A stretch of 64,000 bases of DNA from an uncultured Phycisphaerales bacterium (GCA_963755915.1 CAVWLP010000002.1:1536001-1600000); one strand, 5' to 3'; numbered from the stretch's first letter, positions 23,037-34,539 are shown. Notes: generated by a model not told the origin, from the sequence alone. Program-made: numbers and translations.

Positions 23037-23642
23037 TCACATTTTCTGCCGGCCCGAAATCGCATCCGCAAGGATATTCTTATTGGCGTATTCGATGTTG
23101 CTCCCGGCCGGCAGGCCCCGCGCCAATCGCGTTACCTGGACTTGCGGGAATCGCTCGGCAATCAGGTTCTGGATGTAAAGTGCCGTTCCATCGCCGTCGA
23201 CGGTGGGGTTTGTGCCCATGATCACCTCGCGGATCTGGCCTGATTCCAATCGCTTGATCAGCGAGCCGATCGTTAGATCGTCGGGATGCGATTCCTCCAG
23301 CGGGGCGATGCGCCCGAGCAGCACGTGATAAACTCCGTTGTACAGCCCCGTGGATTCCAGCGCCAGCAGGTCCTTGGGCTGCTCGACGACGCAGACAAGC
23401 CCCTGATCGCGCGTCGGGCTGGCGCAGATAATGCAGGGATCCTGCTCGGTGAGGTTGAAGCATGTGCTGCAGTAGCGGATGCGGGTTTTGACGTCGCGGA
23501 TCGCGTCCGCGAGCTTCATCGCCTCTTCGGGGGTCTGCTTCAGAAGGTGAAAGGCGATTCGCTCAGCCGAGCGCGCACCGATGCCGGGCAGGCTGGCAAG
23601 CTGGTTCATCAGGCTTTGGATGCTCTGGGTGTAATTGGCCAT
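23037..23642 (-). CDS. recR: Recombination mediator RecR
   Basis: [18 protein letters not shown]4 zinc finger, [16 protein letters not shown]. Confidence 0.97.
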   Translation of the reverse strand: MANYTQSIQSLMNQLASLPGIGARSAERIAFHLLKQTPEEAMKLADAIRDVKTRIRYCSTCFNLTEQDPCIICASPTRDQGLVCVVEQPKDLLALESTGLYNGVYHVLLGRIAPLEESHPDDLTIGSLIKRLESGQIREVIMGTNPTVDGDGTALYIQNLIAERFPQVQVTRLARGLPAGSNIEYANKNILADAISGRQKM

Positions 23643-23654
23643 CGCACGGATTAT

Positions 23655-23935
23655 AGAGCGGTTCTACTTTTCCTATAGCATCTGCGTCGCCGCCATTTGG
23701 GCCTCAGGCTAGACGCGACGACGAAGCGTATTCTAAACGGATACGTTGAGGAGGAGCAACGACGCATGAGGCCCAAATGGCGGCGACCCGAAGGGTTGCG
23801 TCCAGACGGGCGGCCCGCGGCGTCATCGCTCCTCAACGATCCTGCGGAAGCTGCCTGTAGGAGGTTCGTCGCTCTTCCTTGCGTTCGGCCCGTCTGGACG
23901 CAACGCAGACGCTATAGGAAAAGTAGAACCGCTCT
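23655..23935. mobile_element. MITE/REP-like non-coding element with ~33-bp terminal inverted repeats and two internal hairpins
   Basis: AGAGCGGTTCTACTTTTCCTATAGCATCTGCGT ... ACGCAGACGCTATAGGAAAAGTAGAACCGCTCT; no credible ORF. Confidence 0.8.
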
Positions 23936-23938
23936 GGC

Positions 23939-25002
23939 TCAACCGGCGGCCTTGGATTGCTTGCGGGCTTTTTCCAAAACGATCCCCATCGAGCGGAACT
24001 TTTCGTAGCGGCGTTCGAGTAGGTTTTCGGTCTTTTGCCGCTTCAATTCGCGGATGGCTCGAGCGACATATTGCTCGAGGTTGTGAGCGGCGGTATGTGG
24101 ATCGCGGTGAGCGCCGCCCAGCGGTTCGCTGATAACCGAGTCGACGATTCCAAGCTGCTTGAGATGCGAGCTGGTGAGGCGAAGACTATCGGCAAGCTGC
24201 GCCGCGCCGTCGCTTCCCTTGAACAGAATGGCGGAACAGGCTTCGGGGCTGATGACCGAATACCAGGCGAATTCCATCATGGCCACGCGATCGGCGACAC
24301 CGATGCCCAGCGCGCCGCCGCTGCCCCCTTCGCCAATCACGACGGAAACAACCGGGGTTTTAAGCCGGCTCATCTCCATCAGATTTCGCGCAATGCTCTC
24401 GGCCTGTCCGCGTTCCTCAGCGCCGACACCTGGATAAGCGCCGGGGTATCGATGAACGTGACGACCGGGAGACCAAACTTTTCAGCAAGCTGCATCGCCC
24501 GAAGCGCCTTACGATATCCCTCCGGGTGGGCGAGGCCGAAAAAGCACTTGATCTTCTCCTTGGTGTCGCGGCCCTTGTGATGGCCGATGAGCACGACCTT
24601 TTGCCCGCTAAGGCGGGCCAGGCCCGTAACGACCGCGGGGTCGTCCCCAAACCGGCGATCGCCGTGAAGCTCGCGAAACTCCGGGCAGATCATTTCGAGA
24701 TAGTCGCGAAGCTGAGGGCGCTGCGGATGACGCGCGACTTGAACCGTTTCCCAGGCCGACAGATTGTCATAGATTTTGCGGAGAAGGGCGGTGTAGTTGG
24801 AGCGTAGCTGGCGAAGCTCCTTGGCATAATCAACCTGTTTTTGCTGCTGGAGGGCTTCAAGTTCCTGAACCTGAAGCTCGATCTGAGCCAGCGGCTTTTC
24901 GAATTCGAGGACATGCCTGGGCCCGCCGCGGGCCAAGCCGTTGGTCGAGGTGCTCTCCTGCGGGAGGTCCTGATTCTTGCCGAAAGAGGGGGAATCGCTC
25001 AT
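23939..25002 (-). CDS. accA: Acetyl-CoA carboxylase carboxyltransferase alpha (1-bp deletion at ~24440, probably an error)
   Basis: [31 protein letters not shown] (restored), [17 protein letters not shown]. Confidence 0.95.
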
Positions 25003-25185
25003 AGCGTAGAAGTTTCGAGCAGGGAGGCAGTAGGCTATCCGAGCGGGTGACGGTTTTCAATGCGGGAGAGGGCAGGATCGGAGCGGTTGACAAAGGGCGG
25101 AAGATGGATATTTTGATCGTTCAAAATAAGGACTGCGTAGCTTCGAAATAGGGCGGATCGGGAGGTCGTGGGTTTTTGGGAAGGA

Positions 25186-26610
25186 ATGGGCATGAGAAAT
25201 CCTCTACTCGGCGTTGCACTCGCGTTAATTTTGATTTCCATGGGGCTCGGCAGGGCGATGGCGGATGAAATGCCAGACGTTGCGGCTAGTGAGCCCTCTA
25301 CCGCGGCATCGACTGAAGCGTCAACGACGCCGGGCAATACAGAGCAATTATGGAATTTTCACTTTCAGACGACGGCGGTCGTGCAGGGCGATCCCGCGTT
25401 TTCGGCGCAGTATTCCGGGCCCAACAGCCTAACCAACACGGGGGAAGTCAAGGACGCCCTCTCTTTGGATTTGTTCGGCGGTCTACGGCTATGGGACGGC
25501 GCCGAAATGCACGTTGACGGCTTTCTCTGGCAGGGATTCGGATTAACTAACAGTCTTGGTGTGGAAGACTTTCCAAACGCGGCCGCAGCCAAGGCCGGCA
25601 CCTACACGCCGGCATTTAGCTTCACTCGTTTGTTTATTCGCCAGACCATCGGCCTGGGCGGGGATCAGGAAGATGTCGCCGATGACCAGCTAACCCTGGC
25701 CGGCAAACAGGACATCTCCAGAATCACAATTACCCTCGGCCGATTTACGCCCGCCGACATGTTCGACACAAATACCTACGCCAACAATGCGGCAACGCAG
25801 TTCCTCAACTGGGCATTCGTCAACAATGTCGCCTGGGATTACCCGGCTGACGCCATCGGATTCACCACCGGCGTCAGCGTGGAATTGAACCAACCCAATT
25901 GGACGTTACGCTACGGTTTTTTCCAGATGCCCAGCGACTCAAATTTTTGGACGGCCGAGGATGGCGGCATTTTGACCTATCCGGCCATGAGCCCGGCCGG
26001 CGACGGCAAGTTCTGGAAATCCTGGGGGATGCCGACAGAGCTCGAGACGCGATACAAGATCAAGTCGCATCCGGGCGCCCTTCGCCTCGACGCGTGGGTG
26101 AATCAGGCTGATATGGGCAGCTACTCGCAGGCGCTATTCGAGCCCGGCGCCAACATTCTCCTGACTCGCTCCTACCGCTATAAATACGGCTTCGGCATCA
26201 ATTGGGAACAGGAAGTCGCGGACAATGTTGGAATATTTTCTCGCCTGGGCTGGAACGACGGTAAGGAGGAAGCCTGGGCCTACACGGATGTCAATTATTC
26301 GTTGTCTGCCGGTCTGAGCGTCAATGGGACCGTCTGGAACCGTCCCAACGATACCTTTGGCTTTGCCGGCGTAATCAGCGGCGCCTCGACGGAGAATCAG
26401 CGATTCCTCGAGGCCGGAGGCACCGGAATTCTCGATGGCGACGGTGCGCTGACCTATGGCTGGGAAAAAGTCATCGAAACCTATTACGACATCGCGTTCT
26501 GGCAAAACATACACTTCGCGCTCGATTACCAGTATGTGGACAATCCCGCCTTCAACCGCGACCGCGGGCCGGTATCGATTTTCGCCGCCAGGATTCACTG
26601 GCAGATATGA
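25186..26610 (+). CDS. Carbohydrate-selective porin (OprB family; resembles high-affinity Mn2+ porins)
   Basis: Signal peptide; YSGPNSL, RLFIRQTI, DTNTYA, AWDYPAD, NPAFNRDRGPV. Confidence 0.8.
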   Translation: MGMRNPLLGVALALILISMGLGRAMADEMPDVAASEPSTAASTEASTTPGNTEQLWNFHFQTTAVVQGDPAFSAQYSGPNSLTNTGEVKDALSLDLFGGLRLWDGAEMHVDGFLWQGFGLTNSLGVEDFPNAAAAKAGTYTPAFSFTRLFIRQTIGLGGDQEDVADDQLTLAGKQDISRITITLGRFTPADMFDTNTYANNAATQFLNWAFVNNVAWDYPADAIGFTTGVSVELNQPNWTLRYGFFQMPSDSNFWTAEDGGILTYPAMSPAGDGKFWKSWGMPTELETRYKIKSHPGALRLDAWVNQADMGSYSQALFEPGANILLTRSYRYKYGFGINWEQEVADNVGIFSRLGWNDGKEEAWAYTDVNYSLSAGLSVNGTVWNRPNDTFGFAGVISGASTENQRFLEAGGTGILDGDGALTYGWEKVIETYYDIAFWQNIHFALDYQYVDNPAFNRDRGPVSIFAARIHWQI

Positions 26611-26627
26611 GCCGATTTGGGGGAGCC

Positions 26628-27795
26628 CTATTGCTCGCTGGAATAATTGGCGTTGCTCAGGGCCCGGGCGATGCTGATCAGGCCGGAGATTTCCGCGTTG
26701 GTGTCCTGCTGAGAGTGGACCCAATCGGCCGCGTGGGAAGGGCCGCCGCATTTGGTCCAGGCTTCGGCGATTCGCCCGCACGCGTCGGCGGCGATGGTAG
26801 TGTCAGTAATCGTTGAAAGGGCCTCCCGCGCGGCATTGAGCGCCTGGGCGGCGCCGGGAAGATCGTCGGATTTGGCCAGTGCCTCGGCAATGCTCGAGTC
26901 GGCACTCACCTGATCGAATTGATCGGTGACTTCGCCGGCCGTCGCCCTCGCGGTGCTAACGTCACCCATCTGCGCCTGGGCAATGGCGATCTGGCTGGCG
27001 ATAAAGGAGGGGTCAATTTTTCGCAAATCATCGGCCGCGGCCTGGTTTCCCGCTTTCACCTCCGCCCGCGCAATTGCGCCGTAGACGCTGCGCGAAAGAT
27101 AGCCGGGGACCTGGTCAGCGGCGGCGCGGGCTTGCTCGAGCGTGCTGCGCGGCGGAAGAATCGCCGGCTTTGATCTGGGCTTCGGCGACGGCGATATAGG
27201 TCAGCGCCTGTTCGCTTGAGTCCTCCAGATTTCCCGCGGTCTTGGCGGCCGCGGCGATGTTGCCCTGGGCGGCCTGGGCCCTGGCGATCGCGGCGTAGCT
27301 GCGGGTGCGGTAGATCTGGCTGGTTTGCGAGCAGTAGCCGATCGCGCCATTGATGTCGCCTCGCGCGGCCAGGGCCTCGACGATATGCTCAAAGGCCATG
27401 CTTTTCGCGCTGGAGTCGTCGATCGCGTTGGCGGCGGAAACGGCGCTGGGAATGTCTCCCGCGGCGGCGCGAGCGCCGGCGATGGCAGCGTAGGCGTCCA
27501 TTCGCCAGCCGTTTTCGGTTTCGGTGGTTTGCGAATTGGCGGAAACGTCGATCGTAATCGCGTCGGCGGTTTGGAGGGCGGAAGTGAAGTCGCCGGTCTG
27601 GGCTTGCGCAGTGGCGATCACATCCAGGGTCTGTGCTTTTAACTGACCATCGTCGATCCGGTTCGCGTTTGCCAGGGCATCGGCAAGAAGGCTTTGGCTG
27701 GTGACCTTGTCGGCAAAGACATTCGGAGAAGCCAGGGTCAGCAGCGCGATTGCGATCGCCGGAGTCAATCGAGCAAGAGTGTGTTTGGTATGCAT
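26628..27795 (-). CDS. Secreted alpha-helical repeat protein (frameshift at ~27147)
   Basis: Signal peptide; repeated IAxAQAxxGD helices. Two ORFs join when 2 bp are restored. Confidence 0.65.
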
Positions 27796-28003
27796 AGAGT
27801 TATTGGGGGTGAACCCCTTTAGGCGAAATCGGCGACGGTGCGGGGGGGCTTGAGAAGAGAGGAAGACGTTGGTGATTTTGCGGGCAGTTAACGCGAACGA
27901 ATCGGGATATCGGACGGTGAACGACTGGAATGGATTGAAGGAGATGCAAACGATGGTCTGGCGAGTGAAAGGCGGTTGATGTAGGATCGCGCGGCTATTT
28001 TTA

Positions 28004-28090
28004 GGAGAGGTGGCAGAGTGGTTGAATGCGCCGGTTTCGAAAACCGGTCTGCCCGCAAGGGTAGCGGGAGTTCGAATCTCCCCCTCTCCG
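28004..28090 (+). tRNA. tRNA-Ser(CGA)
   Basis: GGAGAGG/CCTCTCC acceptor stem, CCGGT-TTCGAAA-ACCGG anticodon arm, long variable arm, GTTCGAATC T-loop; CCA not encoded. Confidence 0.95.
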
Positions 28091-28100
28091 TTTGCCAAGC

Positions 28101-28134
28101 CGCCCGCGAATCATAAAGACTTGATTCGCGGGCG
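28101..28134 (+). terminator. Hairpin downstream of tRNA-Ser
   Basis: CGCCCGCGAATCA-N8-TGATTCGCGGGCG, a 13-bp perfect stem. Confidence 0.55.
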
Positions 28135-28170
28135 ATTGTATTTCTGGGACGTTCTCAGGTTCACCCGTTT

Positions 28171-29589
28171 GTGGCGGTTTTGTGGCGTTTTGTGGCGGGA
28201 GAATTCTCTGAGGATGTCGTGGCTACAACTCGCTCTTCGTTTCGAATTGGCAAGGTTCGAGGGTATTTACGCGGCAAGGTTTGGTACCTGTGCTATCACG
28301 AGAATGGCCGACGTCGCCGGCCCCGCGTCGGTGCAGATTTTCACGTCGCCAAACAGTTTGCGGCGCAGATCAACGCTCAGCTGGAAAGCGATCATCCGAC
28401 GCTGCACAGTTTTGAGCCGATTTCGATCCCAGAGCTGAGAGCTCGCTGGTTGGAGCACCACGAGCATGTTCTGCGCTCCTCGGTCCACACCATCAGCCGC
28501 TATCGCACGGCCACGGAGCACCTGCTCAAATTCCTTGAGCACCACCCCGTCAAGCTTACGTCGCTCTTCAACAGCCGCACTGCCGAAGCGTTCGTTCGCT
28601 ATCTCCGCACGATCGAAGTGGCGCCCAACGGACATGAGAATTCGGCGAAGCGAAGGCTTTTGGATAAGGGCGTGAAGTACATTCTTGAATGCTGCCGCGC
28701 CCTGTTCAGCTACGCCGCCAAACGGCGGCACCTGTCCGCCTATGCGGAAAATCCTTTTATTGTGATCGAAGTGGACCGTATGCCCGTAGAAGATGCCAAG
28801 CCGATCGTGCTGCTCACACCAGAACAGGAGAGGCGGTTCCTGGAGGAATGCGATGACTGGCAGTGTCCAATCTTCCTCACCCTGATGTTGACGGGTCTGC
28901 GACCTGGCGAATTGTGCCATCTGCTGGTCAGTGATGTGGATTTGAAGGCAGGGATCCTGCGGATCAGGAACAAACCGCAGCTGGGGTGGCAAATTAAGAC
29001 TCGGTCGGAGCGAGACTTGCCGCTGGTGCAAGTGCTGGTCGACGTTCTCAGGCAACAGATCGGCACACGTAGCACCGGCTGCTTGTTTCGCCGGCGACGG
29101 TTTGACGGCGAGGTTGAGATCCCGGTTCTGCATACTTTAAATGCGCACGGGCTGATTGCGGAAGGTCCCGTGCGATTAGCCGAAGCCACCCTCGGCGGAA
29201 CCTTGACGCGGATCAGGCGCCTGGCGGTGTTGCGAACGATTTGGCGGGATATGGGGGCGTTGAAGGAGGACCGAGTGCGCACGGAGTTCATTCGGATTTG
29301 CCGTAGGATCGGACTGCGGCAGCTCTCGGCGCCAAAACTGCTGCGGCATGGCTTTGCCACGGCGCTGCAGGATGCCAACATCGATCCGCTGGTGCGGAAC
29401 CTATTGATGGGCCACGCCCCCGCTGACGGCCGAGTGTCCGGAGGCGGGCTGGGTATGACCGCCGTCTACACACACACGCGGCCCGAGACGATTCGAAAAC
29501 AATTGGAGACGGCGATGTCTGCCCGGCCCCTCTTGTTTGCCGCGGCGCGGCGATGGTCCGATGGAAGATCCCAAGATGCTGCCGCGTGA
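28171..29589 (+). CDS. Tyrosine recombinase/integrase next to tRNA-Ser
   Basis: LTGLRPGEL, KLLRHGF, LMGH, VYTH catalytic motifs. Start codon uncertain. Confidence 0.9.
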   Translation: MAVLWRFVAGEFSEDVVATTRSSFRIGKVRGYLRGKVWYLCYHENGRRRRPRVGADFHVAKQFAAQINAQLESDHPTLHSFEPISIPELRARWLEHHEHVLRSSVHTISRYRTATEHLLKFLEHHPVKLTSLFNSRTAEAFVRYLRTIEVAPNGHENSAKRRLLDKGVKYILECCRALFSYAAKRRHLSAYAENPFIVIEVDRMPVEDAKPIVLLTPEQERRFLEECDDWQCPIFLTLMLTGLRPGELCHLLVSDVDLKAGILRIRNKPQLGWQIKTRSERDLPLVQVLVDVLRQQIGTRSTGCLFRRRRFDGEVEIPVLHTLNAHGLIAEGPVRLAEATLGGTLTRIRRLAVLRTIWRDMGALKEDRVRTEFIRICRRIGLRQLSAPKLLRHGFATALQDANIDPLVRNLLMGHAPADGRVSGGGLGMTAVYTHTRPETIRKQLETAMSARPLLFAAARRWSDGRSQDAAA

Positions 29590-29605
29590 GCATCGATGCC
29601 ACGTC

Positions 29606-29680
29606 ATGAGACTAGATTCGCGGGTAAAAATCCTTCGATCCGGACGAAGTGAACTAGGTTCAAATCCTAGTTCCCCACCA
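29606..29680 (+). pseudogene. Degenerate tRNA-like element with CCG (Arg) anticodon
   Basis: D arm GATT/AATC, anticodon arm CTTCG-ATCCGGA-CGAAG, T arm CTAGG-TTCAAAT-CCTAG, 3' ACCA; the acceptor stem does not pair. Confidence 0.6.
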
Positions 29681-30253
29681 GTTTCCACCCGCCATCCGCT
29701 AAAGGTTCCGAATCGGAGTCCGGTATTTGTGCCTCGCCATCCGGGCCCTCCAAAGCCGCCTATAGTGTGGCATCAAATTAGATCTGGCGGCAACACGGTC
29801 ATATTTGAGGCTCTCTCCACAAGCTCGAAGCGGGCAGGCTCATGTTTATTGAGTGCAATTACTAAATTTACATTGGAAGTGCGTCATAATAAATGAGCTG
29901 GTAAATCATTATTGATGGTGACATTTTCGTTGATTGCTGACTAGTCTGGAGACCATCCTGCACTTAGCCTCATACTGGTTCAGCTCGGCCTACAGACAAT
30001 CGAAGGTGCTGAATCGGCCATTCGGGGGGACCTGGGCCCCGGTTGGACGTTCGATAGACTGATAACCTCTCCCTTTCGACTGATTGGATCTGCTAAATAT
30101 TCCCTGAAAACGTGTCATAATATTTGACCGCGGATATAGCCTTCAGCGGACGCGTCGTCCGGCCTTCCAACCCCATCTTTTTCTGCCCTCTACCGACTAT
30201 CCGCAAGTCCATTTCACTTTACGCCCGGCCGAATCGGCCGGGAAGGAGATCCT

Positions 30254-30808
30254 ATGCTACTCAGTTCTGATTCCCGCATGTGCCAAGCCGGAGATGATCC
30301 CGGCAGTGTTGCGGGCTTCACCTATCGGTTCGAATCTCGGCCGGTCAATCGCTTGCTAGGACGGGGTGGCCGCATGGCCGATACCCCTGACCCGTCGCGT
30401 TATGCAACCTTGTTCCGGCGTCTAAGAAGTGAATACGGCGGCCAATTGCGCTATGGTTTCATGCTGCCGGTCAATCTTTTGCTCAGCGGAGTGGTTGCCC
30501 ATCCGATCTATCACGAACGGCGGGTGCCGCAGATGGCCCCGATGGCGCTGTTTGTGCGTCAGGGCCGATTTTGGAGTGTTCGCGCAGTGATTTTGGTCAT
30601 GTCCGGGGGCGATCCGGCGATGGCGGATAAGCTCGCGCAGCTCTACGCGGATTTTGGGGTGAAGTTGCTCGTGCTGAGCCGGGCCACAGTTGATTCTGGT
30701 CACCTTAATGGAGATGAGTTCGACCGCCAGCTGAAGTTGGCGCTGTTCCCATCTCTCCATGCCCCATCCCAGCGGCCCGCTTCCGCCGAGAACATTGCTG
30801 TTGCCTGA
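30254..30808 (+). CDS. Hypothetical protein
   Basis: 184-aa ORF with RBS AAGGAG; no recognisable motif. Confidence 0.5.
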   Translation: MLLSSDSRMCQAGDDPGSVAGFTYRFESRPVNRLLGRGGRMADTPDPSRYATLFRRLRSEYGGQLRYGFMLPVNLLLSGVVAHPIYHERRVPQMAPMALFVRQGRFWSVRAVILVMSGGDPAMADKLAQLYADFGVKLLVLSRATVDSGHLNGDEFDRQLKLALFPSLHAPSQRPASAENIAVA

Positions 30809-30936
30809 ATAACGCCCTGCTCTTTGCAGGTCGCCCGCCTCCTTATCTCGCCTTCGCGCGTGCGAGGGCGGTTGTGTTTCGTAAAAACACGACCGTCCCC
30901 GCACGGGGACGGTCTCCATCCAGAAGGGAACGTCCC

Positions 30937-31554
30937 ATGAGTGCTGTTCTTTCCACGTCTGCCTCCTGGCAGGCAGGGTTTCTTGCTGTCGTTCCAGTCA
31001 TTAAAAACTATGCACAATTTCAGTTCCGAACGCTTGCGAATGAGCGCCGCCAAGACGCCATTCAGGAGGCCATTACCTCCGCTTGCATTTCCTACCAAAG
31101 TCTGGCGGCAAAAGGAAAATTGCAAGTCGCGACCGCGGCAACGCTGGCCACTTTCGCCGTGAAACAGGTTCGTGCGGGTCGGCGAGTCGGGGGTGTGCAA
31201 GACCGCGCCAAAGATGTCCTGTCATCCGTAGCGCGTCGCAAACATGGCATACGGGTGCTGAGTTATCAAGGTACTCCATCAGGCCGCTATGCCGAGGATT
31301 CGCTGTGCGCCGTAATCGCCGATCGAAAGGCGTCGATTCCAGACGTCGCGGCATTCAGGGTTGATTTCAGTGAATGGCTTAAAACTTTGACCCATCGCGA
31401 TCGCCGAATCATTGCAGCTTTGGCCAGTCGCGAGCGTACCAGCAGGGTGGCAGAAAGATTCAGCCTCACGGCCGGACGCATATCACAATTGAGACGCCGA
31501 TACGAATGGAGCTGGCAAAGATTCCAGCGCCAGGCCGTCGATTTATCGGCGTAG
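30937..31554 (+). CDS. Hypothetical protein with ECF-sigma-like layout and C-terminal HTH
   Basis: DAIQEA, PDVAAFRVDFSEWL, VAERFSLTAGRISQLRR. Confidence 0.65.
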   Translation: MSAVLSTSASWQAGFLAVVPVIKNYAQFQFRTLANERRQDAIQEAITSACISYQSLAAKGKLQVATAATLATFAVKQVRAGRRVGGVQDRAKDVLSSVARRKHGIRVLSYQGTPSGRYAEDSLCAVIADRKASIPDVAAFRVDFSEWLKTLTHRDRRIIAALASRERTSRVAERFSLTAGRISQLRRRYEWSWQRFQRQAVDLSA

Positions 31555-31730
31555 CCCCCAAGCCCTTCCCCCTTACCTCCGGAGTCCATTGTTCGTGCAA
31601 AAAGCATTGTCGGCTGCACTTCGGAAATTGGCCGCGATCACCGTGGCGCTGGCGACAGGTTCGGTGCTGGGCGCGATCGCGACAGCGAAGTGGGGATTGT
31701 CAACCCCAGGCGCAATAATCCCTATACTTC

Positions 31731-33169
31731 TCACGCCGCGGCATCGCGGGTCATTCGTGATTCCAACACTTTTAGTGCCGGCGCCATGGTTCTGCGGACG
31801 GCCGCTTGGTACTGCTCGGCCAACCGGTTGATATGTGTGTAAACATGGATCGCGGCACGTCCGGAGCTGTGGCCGAGCAGGTACTGGCGCGTGGGCTCCG
31901 GCATCCCCGCGTTGGCCATTGTTGTCGCAAACAGATGTCTAAGATCTTTCAACGTCGATTGCTTCGGCCAGCCCAGGGCACGAGCGATCCGCACGAACTC
32001 ACCGCGGATCTCATCATAGCTGACGGCTCCGGCGTCACGGAGAAGGCCATCGCGAACGGTCCGCCGGCCGGCGGCAGCCACGACCCGCTGATCTTGGCAG
32101 CGACGGCGGAACTCTTCGGCCAATTCCGCCAACGATCTTCCCAGCAGCGGGGGGGTCTCCTTGCCTTCGGCGACCCGACGGCGGTGGAATAGCAGGCCAA
32201 AACGGTTAGTTCGGCCGATCAACCCGCGCAAAGCGGGAAGGAGTGGTAGCCGCTTATCTCGTTTACCCTTGGTCTTGTACGCCAATTCCGGAAGATTGAG
32301 CACCTTCAGCCATCCATCATCCATGTGTTCTGCGAATAGGAACACAGGTTCGGCGGCGCAGAGCCGAGAAAAAGGATTGGGGCTAGCAGCCGCAGCTGGT
32401 GCGCATCGGCGTATTTCAGCATCTTGACCGCCATGTCGATCGATATATCCGGCTCGCCGAACGGATCGACTGACAAAACCCGATTTGAACCCGCTTGCCG
32501 GAATGGATAGCGGAAACCTTCGGGAAGTTGTGCGCCTCGATCGGGATCGGCCGCCCATGCGTACATCGCCCGTGCCGCGCCCATTACGTTGCTGGGGTCC
32601 TTTAGTGGATACTGTGTAGAAGATGTGGCGGCGCAATTTTGGGACGGAGTCACCAGGAACGCCCGCAGCTGCTGCGCAAAGACGCGATCAACACCGACAA
32701 CGAAACGATAGCCATGGGCGATCCGACGCTGGGCTGCAAATTTTCGGTAGTGCGAAAGGGCGGAAGCGATTCTTCGGACGCTTGAGGGTTCAATCTCACC
32801 GGCATTAGCCCGCAAGTCCAAGTCGGCCAGAAAGCGGTTCACCAGTTGGTCATGTCCGATTTTTCCGCTCCTGTGGCCGGACGCGCTGAAGTGCTCGAGG
32901 CGCCGTTCAATCTCCCGGGCGCGGGCGATCGCCGAGATCAGATCCCCGACGATCGACTCGGCGACGTTTTTCCTCTGCTTCGGTTCCCACCACTGCAAAA
33001 GCCAGTGATCGCGCCGCCAGTAGATTCTTACCCGCCTCGGTGGGTCGATACCCGGCGGCCAATTTGTGATCCGCCGCATCCGATGGCGCTCCCCATATCG
33101 GTTGGTCCAGGTCCTTAGAGATCCGTCGCCACCAGGTGAGGATTTAGGTACCGGAATAATCTCGTTCAC
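31731..33169 (-). CDS. Second tyrosine recombinase (frameshift at ~32360, at the catalytic-Arg motif)
   Basis: ORFs 32306..33169 and 31731..32636 join; TLKDLRHLF, LLGH, VYTH. Confidence 0.8.
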
Positions 33170-33421
33170 GCTACACCTTGGATCAGACCGGATTCCGCTG
33201 TTGGCGATGCTTCCAATGGCATACCATTGGCTCTGACGACGAGATCGTTCATCGCAGCTTGCCCTGACAAATGAGGTGGGTATGGTTCCCCTTTTCGGGA
33301 ACGCAAAGCCCTTCCATCAACCGTGTAGGCAATTGCGCAAAGGTTTTTCGTGGTATTCATCCTTGGTCGTGCTGGAGCGACGCGAAGTTGAGGCGACTGT
33401 AAGACTTTGCTATGAAAGGAA

Positions 33422-34539
33422 TTGTCTGTGTCAGAGCTATCCGCGGTGGAGTTACGGGTCGACGATCAAACTTTTCAGTTTGAGATCAACACGAAATACG
33501 TGCAGATGGGCTCGGTGCCGATAAAGCAGGTTTGGATGGACACCCGGACCCTCTACAATCCGCGGCCGGGAACATCCGGAAACTCGATGGCGATCGTCGA
33601 CTGCTTCTGGGCTTTGTGCCGGCAAGGCGGCACAACCGGCGATCCGAGCGTCCAGGAAAGCTACCTTCTGGCGCGGCTGCTGCCGTACAGTCGCCAGTAC
33701 GGCGCTCGGCGGATTGTGCCTGACAGCCGCTTCGGGCATGGGGGCAAAGGTTTATACGATCCAACGCCGAAGGGGGCGGTGGGGAAATTGGAGGCGATGC
33801 TTGTCGAAGAGCGGACAAACGTCTGCGATGCGGAAACGTTTCGACAAAAGACCGCTGATATTCTTGGGGTTCCGAGACTCGACGAGTCGACACAGCGATT
33901 TTACGCCGAGTTTTGCGAGAATCTTTTTGAATTGCCTCGCCGCCTGCTGGCGAGCGGCGATACGAAGGGTGCGGTAAGCTCGCTCCTGCAAAAGTGGGAA
34001 TCGGCGATGCGGGTCTGGGGGCGCGGCGCGGTAAAGCCGAGGAGAAGCGGGTGCTTGACGTCCTCAGCTACGAGTGCCGGGCAGCATTTCATCGTTGCTA
34101 CTCGGCAGTCTGGTTGGAGTTGCTGCGAGAGAACGGGCCGCTGCAATCTGGCCACGGCCTGGGTGTTCCGGACATGTGCTTCCTATGCCTGTGGCACCTG
34201 GACCACAACTGGTCCTCCGGTAGATCTGACGCGAACTGTCACCTTTTCCACGGGCATATTCCGAGCTTGCACCCCGCGTTCAGCTTGCTGGTTCAGACGC
34301 AGGCCGGAAGGGAACTCATAGGCAATTACATCTCATGCGAGCCCGAAGCAAAACGGCTCGAAGCGTTCGCAAAGTTGCTGCACGCCGCACTATTGGCAGT
34401 TTATATATATATGGACAAGAGAGAGCTGCTTGCAGAAGAGCGGCGATCTGCGCTTCCGATGGATCCCGAGCAGTTGGAGCGCTTGAAAGAAGAGCGGGTT
34501 GATCGGCATAAAGGAAAGACGCGGCACGGGCGAAAATAG
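33422..34539 (+). CDS. Hypothetical protein (frameshift at ~34021)
   Basis: Two overlapping ORFs with protein-like composition join at a GCGC site. Confidence 0.55.

Noticed and set aside
23939-25002. accA and many other genes as pseudogenes (genome decay)
   Set aside because: accA is normally essential, the breaks are 1-2 bp deletions at one motif, and I saw no accumulation of in-frame stops.
32350-32370. Catalytic Arg to Cys change in the second recombinase
   Set aside because: It coincides with the GCGC-associated indel, so the true codon cannot be read.
33280-33345. GGGAACGCAAAGCCC resembles part of a c-di-GMP-I riboswitch
   Set aside because: The upstream GGCAAA element and the GNRA tetraloop are missing.
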